A stretch of DNA of 64,000 nt from Euprymna scolopes (lineage: Eukaryota): NCBI GenBank assembly GCA_053919585.1, contig CM132797.1; one strand, written 5' to 3'. The notes under the pieces were generated by a model. That model had not been told where the DNA came from, ran no database searches, and worked only from the letters and a program-made list of their open reading frames with translations. This document shows positions 25,516 through 36,100 of this stretch, piece after piece (position 1 is the first letter of the stretch; the number at the start of each line of letters is the position of its first letter). The position numbers were made by a program, and so were the translations under genes.

Positions 25516-26200
25516 CTCCTCCAAAAAGAGCTCTCTGTGGTTTTATATAGGTCAAATAATTTACGCACCTGAAATGTACATTTACCTCCCCCCTCCGCTT
25601 AGTGTTGTGTAATCGGCGATGTGTAATGTGATTCAGGCTTTTGTGTATTTTGTATTTTAAACATACGAAAATAAATCAATACAAGAAAATCTGAAAAGTG
25701 AAAATTATTTTTTATATATAAAATAAACGTCATGAAATGTTTTCCTTTTTTACTTAAATAATTTTTTAAAAATACATATTTAAAAAATATCTGTATTTTG
25801 TTTAAACAGATGAATCTTTTTAATAAAAAAAATAGTTTTGTTCTTGGTTCAACAATTTCTTCACCATAAGCAACAAATGTGAATATAATTAAGAAAATAC
25901 TCATAATTATGAGAGAAATATTTCTAATAAAAATAAAATTTCTAAATTTCCAATTAAAAACAAAATTTGATTTTCATATTTGTTTACCTAAAATACATAG
26001 GAAACTGATTTTTGCCTTTTAACCGTTTTCTTTATTAATCTTCAGCGGAAGTGGAGTCTCGAGCGTTATGCCCTGTTACATATATTAGAATCAACCCGTT
26101 TAGCTTATTTAACGATTTCTCTTGATTTGGTTGCCCTATTTCTTTTAGTTAGGTTACTTAAACCGTTAAATTTGCTTAACCTTTCCTTCTGTGAGAAGAC

Positions 26201-26233
<33 letters not shown>

Positions 26234-27049
26234 CCATTTCCTTAATGTCCTTCTTTGGATTTTTTGCTTTTCCAGCGACAGCACAATTGAAAATGGTGTC
26301 ATGGTAACCTTATGGAAAAAATGGCCGAACGTTAAGTTAAAATATAATCGCATCAAAATGAAAGTGAATCTTACACTGCATACAGAGTTCTGTGTAGTTT
26401 ATGGTTGGCCGGATGGTAATAATCTCGTTATTATCGAAGACAACTTGAACTAAATAAATTGTGGCCCGTTGAACCCGTATTTGTTCTAAATTATTAAATG
26501 GTGTTTGAGTAGATCGGTGGTCTTTTAAACCAACGCATTTCAGGTGAAAACATTATTACAGACTTGTGACATGTTAAAATTAGTATAAATTCTAAAAGAT
26601 AATCCAGTAGATGTGCTAGATTTATTTAAAAAAAAAAAAAAAAAAAAAAAAAATCATCCGCAATTACGTTCTGAGATTTTGTGCTTAAAAAATAGGAAAT
26701 CGTTAATTTAAGTCAAGGGAGATAGATTATTTTGTCATACTGAATTGGTCGCACAACTCTTCCACACAATAAAACTCAATTTGATGAATTTTAATTTTAC
26801 TTGCAATTGTTTTCTACTGGATCATTTTTTGTAATTTTGAGAAATTGTACTAATTTCGACATGCCGCATAAGTAGGTAATGTTTACACCTGAAATGCGTT
26901 GGTTTGAAAGTCAATCTACACGATCACTTATTAAATATTTTTTACTTTCATGTTTTGCACGGATTACAAAGTCAGATACAAAAAGGTCTTGCTCAGAAGA
27001 AATTTAAAAATTTTAAGTCTCTGCTAAACTGAAATTGCACCAATGCACC

Positions 27050-27319
27050 ACTTACCCTAGGCGGGTTGAACCGGCTTTCTCCAGAGAAAGTTTCATGGGA
27101 GTATGCAATTCACAAACTGACCCCAGTCGCATGTATATCCCTCTTGGGAAAATGATGACAGTAGGTTTTTGCAACTCTTGCAGGGAGGTGTCGATGTCCC
27201 CTACATACAGCGCCTGGTATTCCAAAATTGGTGACCCATCTGGTACTGACCAGGCTCAAAGTTGCTTAACTCTAATGATCCAATGAGGACCAGTGTGTTA
27301 ACGTGATTATGCCGTATAC
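27050..27319 (-). mobile_element. 5S rRNA-derived SINE, body type B
   Basis: Reverse complement reads gtatacggcataatcacgttaacacactggtcctcattggatcattagagttaagcaactttgagcctggtcagtaccagatgggtcaccaattttggaataccaggcgctgtatgtaggggacatcgacacctccctgcaag. The 3' boundary is approximate. Confidence 0.8.
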
Positions 27320-27464
27320 ATTTCTGCTCATTATAATAAAAAATGATTTTTATATAAAATTGTATAATTTTTTTATTTTCAATTTCTATTTTAAATATGA
27401 ATATTAAAAAAAAAAATTATTCAGTCTCAAACACCAATGCAGGTGTGTCCTAATATATAAATTA

Positions 27465-27820
27465 TCTATATAAGTGAACGTGTGTGTACATTTTCCTACG
27501 CAATAACTCTGTCAATTTTAAGTCTACATACTCAAAATTTGATATACAGGGTACTGAGATCTGGGAAAATCTTTGATCGGTTTTTGACCAGAAATTTAGC
27601 TGTTATTGGGTCAAAGTTTAACGATTCTCCAACAATGTTTGGTCTATGCACTTGAAATTTTAGATATAGGTTCCTTGGACATGGATCTAACTTAATAACT
27701 TGATTTGATCCCAAAACAAATGTTAAGGGTTCATAATAGGGGTCAAAGTTTTTAAAAAATTGACCTTGCTTGTTTTAAATACACCTCCAAAACTCAGGCA
27801 ACGCCGGGCTGAAATGCTAG
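27465..27820 (+). mobile_element. Non-autonomous Helitron
   Basis: Starts A|TC (atctatata). Ends with the subterminal hairpin motif caggcaacgccggg and CTAG|T. Confidence 0.75.
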
Positions 27821-30027
27821 TTTTTTATAAAAGCAAATCCTACATCTTCACCTTTTTAGGCTTTAATCAAACTGTCTTTATATATAATCAGTACGAAGTT
27901 GCTGAAAATATTCAAGGCTGAAATAGTGTTCAACATTTTATTTAACTTGTCAAATTCTAATCACGCATTTTTTTTTTATCTACAGACATAAAAAAAATAT
28001 TTCAAAGAACTCTCCAATGATGAACGATTTTAAAAAAATCCTAGTTTAACAACTGAAATTGATATGTTGGAATTAACTTATCCTTATTCACAGCTAGGTG
28101 TAGAAATTAGAAATTNNNNNNNNNNNNNNNNNNNNNNNNNNNNNNNNNNNNNNNNNNNNNNNNNNNNNNNNNNNNNNNNNNNNNNNNNNNNNNNNNNNNN
28201 NNNNNNNNNNNNNNNNNNNNNNNNNNNNNNNNNNNNNNNNNNNNNNNNNNNNNNNNNNNNNNNNNNNNNNNNNNNNNNNNNNNNNNNNNNNNNNNNNNNN
28301 NNNNNNNNNNNNNNNNNNNNNNNNNNNNNNNNNNNNNNNNNNNNNNNNNNNNNNNNNNNNNNNNNNNNNNNNNNNNNNNNNNNNNNNNNNNNNNNNNNNN
28401 NNNNNNNNNNNNNNNNNNNNNNNNNNNNNNNNNNNNNNNNNNNNNNNNNNNNNNNNNNNNNNNNNNNNNNNNNNNNNNNNNNNNNNNNNNNNNNNNNNNN
28501 NNNNNNNNNNNNNNNNNNNNNNNNNNNNNNNNNNNNNNNNNNNNNNNGATAAGAGTTAATGAGAGTACGGTAGTCACTGAGACAACAGCGTAATAATAGT
28601 TAGTGGTAGAAATGACTTATTCACAGGTGGGCAGTTTCTGTATTTGGATTAATCGTACCTCTATTTTCGTGTAGTCACGTTTCTGCTGATTTAATCTTTG
28701 AATCTTTTCTAACTTAGGAACAGGTTTCCTAGTGCGACCTAAAGAGGGTCAAATGTTTACTTTCTTCCCAGGGAGATGTGACAAGGTTAGGAAGGTGGAG
28801 AAGGCAAGCCAGTCCCTCCCACAGTCCCCAAAAAGGAAGCCCACTCTAGCCATTTAAAAATTGCTTGGGCAGCGCTGTCTGCATTTCTTGGTAGCGGACA
28901 CCTCGTACAGTAAGTAATAAACTTATTCCACCTGAAAAACGGGAGCAGTAGCCTGGGAAGGTGGACCTCCTAGAACTGGACAGGATGTTTTGCCACTTCG
29001 GCCAATAGAGAAAAGATCATTTCAAAAATGGCCCACACTGTTGGTTTTAGCTTCCGAAATATCTGGTTCTAAGCATCCTTACTTAGGTAGAGAATCTTTC
29101 AATATCTACAACGTAAATAAGTTCTTGATGAGCTGTTCCATATAAGTTAACAAATTTACCGAATTTTCATTATTAATGATTACTATATTGTCCAATTTCT
29201 ACTGTAGACTCTTTAACCCTTATCCTTGAGTGGCCTCTTGGCCTTTATAATGTGGTGATACCTGTGTAAAAAAAAAAATTGAATATTTTTTTAATGTCGA
29301 ATGAGTTGTTAGGTAAACATTGGTACATCTTAAATTCATGTTTCTATTTTGTGCACTTAACTGATCACGTGATCATAAAAAGATTTAGGTGTGTTCAGCG
29401 AGGTAGTTAGCTCTTTTCATGCTTCTTGTTTTTAATTTCATCATGTTGAAAAATAAATTTGGTCTTTATGTAGCCATAGTTAAATTCTGTACACCCACCC
29501 ACCCACCCCAAAAAATAATAAATATTTAAAGATTTTAAAAGTACATCGAAAGTGTTGGCGTATAAAGTTACCGTCTGCTTTCAATTTAATGTATGCTATT
29601 TAGATTGCACAAATAATCTTTAGAGCTGTCAGTTACAACAAAACAAAAATCACTGTTTCACCATTTCAAGCGCTGCAGTAGAATAAAACTATTATGTTCG
29701 TTTAAAGTTGAGTTTTTTTTGGGGGGGCGGTAGGAGGGGGTCGCTCTGATATTAATATTAAAAGCTTATTTTTTTATTTAAAAATTATTAGAACAAAGTT
29801 CTTAATATACTCAGTTATGAATATGAGAATGACTACATGAAGGTTAACTAATTTGCATATTCCTTTGAAAAACGAGCGTTAATTATTTATTCAATTTTAT
29901 GGTTTCATATTTGATAATTGGTTCTATTTCACTATTACACTGAATTTTATGCATAGTTTCTACATTTTGCGTAATTGCGTAAGATGAAAACTTTTTAGCA
30001 CACCAAAATATTAGACACCGATGAGGT

Positions 30028-30071
<44 letters not shown>

Positions 30072-30077
<6 letters not shown>

Positions 30078-30396
30078 TCGCCATACTGAGGATTGTTAGT
30101 GATTACATATTTATTAGAAATAAAGAAAATAAACTAATTTTTTCTTTCTATTCTAATTTTATTTTATTTCATTAACTATTTTTCTTTGAAACAACCACCT
30201 TTTGCTTCAAACTATGATCAAAATGCAGTATCTTCTCCCTCTTCTCTCTTAGTGGAGATAATTTTTAATATCCCTATTTATTAAATGTCAACTATATAGA
30301 GAGGAGTTTGATAGAAACTTTTCGCAGACACCGATGAAGTCACACACACGTGTGTGTGAGAGACCTCATCGGTGTGTGTATATACATATATCATCG

Positions 30397-30464
<68 letters not shown>

Positions 30465-30764
30465 CGATGAGGTCTCTCACACACACGTGTGTGTGACTTC
30501 ATCGGTGTCTGCGAAAAGTTTCTATCAAACTCCTCTCTATATAGTTGACATTTAATAAATAGGGATATTAAAAATTATCTCCACTAAGAGAGAAGAGGGA
30601 GAAGATACTGCATTTTGATCATAGTTTGAAGCAAAAGGTGGTTGTTTCAAAGAAAAATAGTTAATGAAATAAAATAAAATTAGAATAGAAAGAAAAAATT
30701 AGTTTATTTTCTTTATTTCTAATAAATATGTAATCACTAACAATCCTCAGTATGGCGAACTTTA
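30072..30764. repeat. ~690-bp essentially perfect palindrome centred on (AT)n
   Basis: taaagttcgccatactgagg... and ...cctcagtatggcgaacttta. No mismatch seen by eye over ~300 bp of arm. Confidence 0.9.
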
Positions 30765-31304
30765 CCGCCACCCAAGCCAGCATTCTTATCCATTCGGCCA
30801 TTGCGAGAGTTATAGTTAAAGAGAAGAGACAAACCCGATATTTCTTGGAGTATTGTTCTTCCGAAAGTGAGAACTTTTACAATATTGCTTAAATAGAAAA
30901 TTTTAATACTTCTGAGTGTTCTTCTTGAAATATTGAAGCACAACGTTGTAAACAATTATATACGATTGATTGAACATAAGTTGCGATTTTATCCATAGTT
31001 GGTATAAATCTCAATAAATCAAATAGGTATTAGAATTCTTTGGATTATTGTTCTCTTTTTTTTTAATGTTATTTTCACAACGTTTCAATTGATGTAGCCT
31101 TCTACAAGATATACCTGAGAGCTTCAGGTATATCTTGTCAAACTCTGGAATTCCAGACAGAAGGAAGTCTTTATCTAATTATTAAAAGGCCGCTTGACGT
31201 TGCCCGGTTATAAAATACTCATAAATATTATATTTTGATTAATGTAAAATTCTTATTTATTATAAACAGAAATACCGTATGTATTAAACATAACGTTAAA
31301 TTCC

Positions 31305-31344
<40 letters not shown>

Positions 31345-31439
31345 CGTGCATGCAAATTTTATTTTTCTAAACAGTTCATGTCTTGTAATAAAAAACAATA
31401 CTTCAGCTGAGATCGAAACCAAAACCTAAAGATAGTGAA

Positions 31440-31780
31440 ACAAGTACAATAACCATTAGACCAGCTTGACACGATCTTTACAAATTGTTTTCAAGCCTAC
31501 TTATTCTTAACATAAAGAAGCGATCATGTTTCATGATCGCGCATGCACATTCGTTAAACAGTTGACAAAAATAAAAATCCGATGACTCCCAAGTACCAAT
31601 TTTTCAATTTTGACCAACTTTTAATAATTTTAATAGATGAAAACCGATTAAAGTTTTCTACATGCTTGATGATCCTATGTACCAACTTTCAAATCTTTAG
31701 ATCAAAAGTTCGATGAGTATATAGGTTAAGAAGTGTCCTCACACACGCACAGATTCTCACTTTTCTAGATATGTAGATTT
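31440..31780 (-). mobile_element. Helitron fragment (5' part)
   Basis: aactttcaaatctttagatcaaaag..gagtatatagg..gtgtcctcacacacgcacagattctcacttt is the reverse complement of 61455-61530. Confidence 0.55.
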
Positions 31781-31954
31781 AATCGACACGTGTAGAATGC
31801 TCTCATTCCATCAGGCATGACTGGATAGAAGTCCTAAGTAATTTGCAATTGTATTTTGAGGTCACCTGCACTAAAGATTGAACCTGCAAGGAGTGTAACT
31901 TTTAATAATGAATTTTACCAAATACTATATCCACTATGCCACAGGTCATGGTTG

Positions 31955-32115
31955 ATGGAACGAGAGCATGCTATTCCATAGATTAAATGTTTCCATTCAA
32001 AATTCCGTGCAGATTTTAGTTTAACAAGATACACCTGAAAAGTTCGGAAGTTACATTGACCGAAACATTGTAAAAATAATGCCCAAGATGAATAGTCAGT
32101 AGTCCGAAGAATCCA
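31955..32115 (+). mobile_element. Penelope-like pLTR remnant with a degenerate hammerhead motif
   Basis: acaagatacacCTGAAAAGttcggaagttacattgaccGAAACattgt...gatgaa...tagtccg. Related copies at 11569-11690, 24790-24850 and 31040-31170 (minus). Confidence 0.5.
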
Positions 32116-32315
32116 TGGCATTAAAAAATTAGCAACAAGATACAGATGCATTGTATATAATATATAATGCATTATATATAATGCACCTGTATATGATCAA
32201 ATAACATTATAAAGAACACCGTAAGGCAGGGCAAATACCGTAACCAGGGGTCGGGAAAAACATTGTATTTCACATCATAAACTACTGGGTTTCTACTGTA
32301 AGACAAATGATGTAT

Positions 32316-32498
32316 ATATTTGCTTCCCACAAAAGCAAAATAGGACACAGTCGTTTTTAATATGGGGGGGGGGGCTCCCGTAAAAAGGGGACTCTGGCAG
32401 TAGCAAAAATATAACCTGTCTTATTATAGAAGGGTTTCCCCTACACTGACCAAGGACAAATTAACTCAAGTGCAGCATCAGAACAGATACTACACTTG
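32316..32498 (-). mobile_element. U2 snRNA-headed SINE-like element (complete body)
   Basis: The minus strand starts CAAGTGTAGTATCTGTTCTGATGCTGCACTTG and continues ttggtcagtgtaggggaaacccttc...gtgggaagcaaata. Confidence 0.75.
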
Positions 32499-33819
32499 GA
32501 TGCCTCAAAAATTCAGAAACATAAGATCAAATAGGATTTTAATTTTCCAAAGTCTCTCACGGTATCCATTAAGCTACTCATAATCATTCTTTTGAAAATT
32601 TAAAACTTAAATCTCCCTGTCAATTAGTTTTTTTTCTAGAACTAATTCTATATTTGATCCGTTAACCAATTCAGCAGAGATTGTCTTTATTTTCTTTGGA
32701 GTTTAGAAGCCATTGTTCTCCTTAACCAAGAATTCCAATCAAACTTTGGTTCATTTGTTTTTCAGAAAGACTCTTTGTGGTCATCGCCTTGCTTCCTTTT
32801 TACTTGATTTTCACATCATCAAAATGTCTTCCAGAAACGAGCCAATAAGATTTACGTAACGAAGTTAATGCATCGATATAATCCTGTCTCTAAATCTTAA
32901 CGGTTAGATAATCAACCTTGAAACCAAAGTTAACCATTCATCTTCGACTTTAGCTCTAAGTTGTGAGCGTCTTTTTAAAGCCGTCTTTTGTGAATGGCCG
33001 ATCGTGGTTTATGGTTCAGGTTGGAATGAAATGACGATAATTCTTGGCCGCTAGTGATGACTACGTTATTATGACCTCATTGTTAATCGTGTATAGCAGA
33101 TGGATGTAGGCCGGGACAAAGACCATTGTTGTCATATCGCCATGCAGCTAGCACCATGTGCTCCTCCTGCTGCTGCTCATGTGCCGCATCACTACATCCC
33201 CTCCCCCTCCCATCCACTCGTCTCCCTGCAATTGCATTTGTGGACACCTAACAATCACTCCTCCCCTCTTCTGTAACCTTTAACCCATAGCCATCACCAC
33301 TCCCAAAAAGTGAGGGTGGGAAGAGGGGGGGGTAGGGGAGTCAACGTCTGACATTGGACAATGACGGTGGGTCATCCTCTCACAATGCAATTTGTAAACC
33401 AACCCAGTGAAACAGATGTCTGTAATATTTTATATTTATTACTTTAAAATTTTTATCAACTCAATATCCTTTTCAAGTTTTTTTGTTTTTTTTTTTACAC
33501 TTAAAATTTTAATATTTTCTATCACTTGCACTTTACTCTTTTAGGGCATATCAACCTTCTTTGTGTTATTTAATGCCAAAATACTACCTATTCATCATAA
33601 ACTGAATTAAAATAAGTAAATAACACACCCACACATACATAATTCATCTTCGTGACTGATGGTCTTTTTTGCTTCCTTTGTTAATGGCAAATATTCGGAG
33701 CCATACAAAGCAGTGTTAAAAGTTTGAAACGATATTTTGTATTTGACTTTTTCTTTTCTTTTTTTTTTCTTTTTTTTTTCTTTTTTTTTTCTTTTTTTTT
33801 TTTCTTTTTTTCTTCCAGA

Positions 33820-34030
33820 TGTCAATATATCAGTTTGGTTGAAATTGTCAGTTTCTAAGAAGTTATATTTAAGTCGGTTTGAAAATGTAGGTAATCAGTG
33901 TCAAATCGATGTAAACCTCGGGGTTCCACTTTCCGCTGTTAACCGACTGATTGTCCAATTCATCAGAAAGAAAGTAATATCTCGTCTTGGTCGACCAGGA
34001 TCCTCTGACTGGCATTTTCGTTATTGACAA
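33820..34030 (+). pseudogene. Possible Tc1-like transposase N-terminal remnant
   Basis: LSVSKK..NVGNQCQIDVNLGVPLSAVNRLIVQF..LGRPG resembles a Tc1 helix-turn-helix ending in GRP. No catalytic domain is visible. Confidence 0.3.
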
Positions 34031-34533
34031 TAAAGATGTCTCTTTACTTCTATGTCTGTTTATGCAATTGGTCGACTATGTTTGCCTGGGGCTAAGGGTT
34101 TTCGACAGTTTTAGTACGTAGATTGAACACCTGATGAAGCTAATTTAATTTCAATTGTTAATAGATGATTCCATAGTCCACAATAGTATCCATTAGATCA
34201 GTCATGCACCAATCTTTATTACTTTTAATAATAAAATTGTAATCGATTATCTCGACGTCACCTCCTCCACACCTTTTAGCATAGACAAGTCAGAAATGTG
34301 TGTGGCATATTTCCTGATGCCAACAAAAAAATAAACGAGTCTTTTATTTTTTTTTTTTTTTTATTTTATTTTTCCAATTAAAGAAAAATTTCCCTGTGCT
34401 CGTACTACTAATAAAATAATGAATATTTATGAATTTTAACTACCAGTAAAAATTAAATCTATATATTCCCCCTCCTCTTCTCCTCACACACAAAGTGTAT
34501 CTTTGTATTTGCGGAAATACATTATCTCTCTTT

Positions 34534-34570
<37 letters not shown>

Positions 34571-34574
<4 letters not shown>

Positions 34575-34990
34575 CAATCATGGTGATACACCGGTTCTTG
34601 GTTCTTGCAAGATCACCAAAGTTAAGCAACGATGAACCTGGCCAGTATCAGATAGGTGACTATTTGGGAAGGTTAGGTGCTGTCTGTACGGCACTAGAAA
34701 TTTCCAGGTTGATATCTGGGGATGCATTAATTCACTGAGAGAGATGCGCTTCCAGTCTTCGTTAAGACGTGCATTTAAGAGAAGGAAAACTCTGATGTAA
34801 AAACCTGTGGTTTACTACATGGTCTGTCTTGTGGTAGTCATTTGCACCAACAAAGATTATCAGTAATACCAAAAATGTGTGGTTGGTTCTACACAAAGCC
34901 TTCACCTCTATAAAACAAATCATTTGTGTGGATTCCGAACAACTTAGTTGGTGTGGCAAAGCTCATACATTCAAATTGACGGGAGAGTCC
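34571..34990 (+). mobile_element. 5S rRNA-derived SINE, body type C
   Basis: ggcacaatcatggtgatacaccggttcttg..gatcaccaaagttaagcaacgatgaacctggccagtatcagataggtgactatttgggaaggttaggtgctgt (34571-34683), then a different body. The 3' end is approximate. Confidence 0.65.
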
Positions 34991-35189
34991 ATATATGTGT
35001 GTGTGAGAGAGATTTAAAAAGAATCAGAATCATCCAATTACTAATATCTAATCTTGGCTCAACTACTTTATGCCAGTAGTAGGCATAGGTGAAACGTTGA
35101 CTAATTCTGAGCTCTGCTGGTGCCATGTTTCTCTTTGTTTTTTGATTTTTCTAATGTCTGGATATGTGTATGAATTGCCACACCTATAT

Positions 35190-35255
35190 ATGTATACAGC
35201 GCCTGGTATTGTCAAATGGACACCCATCAGATACTGACATGGCTCAACTTCAATG
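35190..35255 (-). mobile_element. Partial 5S-derived head (3' half)
   Basis: Reverse complement is gttgagccatgtcagtatctgatgggtgtccatttgacaataccaggcgctgtatac. Confidence 0.6.
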
Positions 35256-35783
35256 CTGTATGGATCTTGGATAATTTTTGTTTGTCTCCATGCACATTGG
35301 ATGACATCACAAAGGGACAACGTCCGCTACTTGAAATAAACTTTGATACAATGAACCGAATGGCGCTTAAAATCTTAAAACATTATCTTTTAGTTGGAGT
35401 GGAAACAAACTTGAATTTTACTCCATTAAAAATTTTGGTTTGGATAAATTTTACAAACGAAAAAGATTTTGTCATAAAATGACCGCAGAAATTCCCCTCT
35501 GCACCAAAGTATTGTAGGTTGTCACATACAAATTCAATACATCTAGCCTGATAGCCACTATCTTATGTAGCTTTCGAACACTGTTATACACATTAAGCCG
35601 TGATGTTAAAATGCTACATTGCATCCTTTGAGCAACACCATCACATTCACAACATCTTTAGAAGAAGGTGTACCTATTTTTCTTTCTAATTATTTAGTCC
35701 TACCTCTACTACCAGTCGTCACCAGCATGAATCGTACATGTTCCACAGAATCTGCAATTATGCCGACCGTATCTGGCTTAATA

Positions 35784-36086
35784 GATTAAAATGTTTTTGA
35801 CTCATAATGTGGATAGACTTCCAATGATTTCGAGGATCTTTATTATAACCACACTTATAATAATCGATCAGAAGCTTCAAAAGTTATTATAAAAAATGTT
35901 GAATTTTGGATTCAATCAGTTCGCCGTCATCTCTGTCTCAAAATGACTCAAGATCGGGACTGCATTGATTCTTCACTGCCATCTTTGTTACTAGGAATTA
36001 CTTAACACTCAAGATTGGGACTGCATTGATTCTTCCCCGATTTGATTTACTGCCGCCATCTTTGTTCAACATATCAACACTTAACA
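35784..36086 (+). repeat. 5' LTR of Copia element
   Basis: Direct repeat of 40578-40882. Ends ...cttaaCA immediately before the PBS. Confidence 0.85.
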
Positions 36087-36100
36087 GGTTATGTGCCCAG
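36087..36100 (+). other. Primer-binding site
   Basis: GGTTATGTGCCCAG, one mismatch from the copia-type GGTTATGGGCCCAG (internal tRNA-iMet priming). Confidence 0.8.

Noticed and set aside
28550-29050. Possible LINE ORF1/endonuclease remnant on the minus strand
   Set aside because: Slightly GC-richer, but no motif could be read with confidence.
30920-30985. Possible GIY-YIG endonuclease remnant (..STT..RLIEHK)
   Set aside because: Too short and needs frameshifts. It cannot be supported without a profile search.
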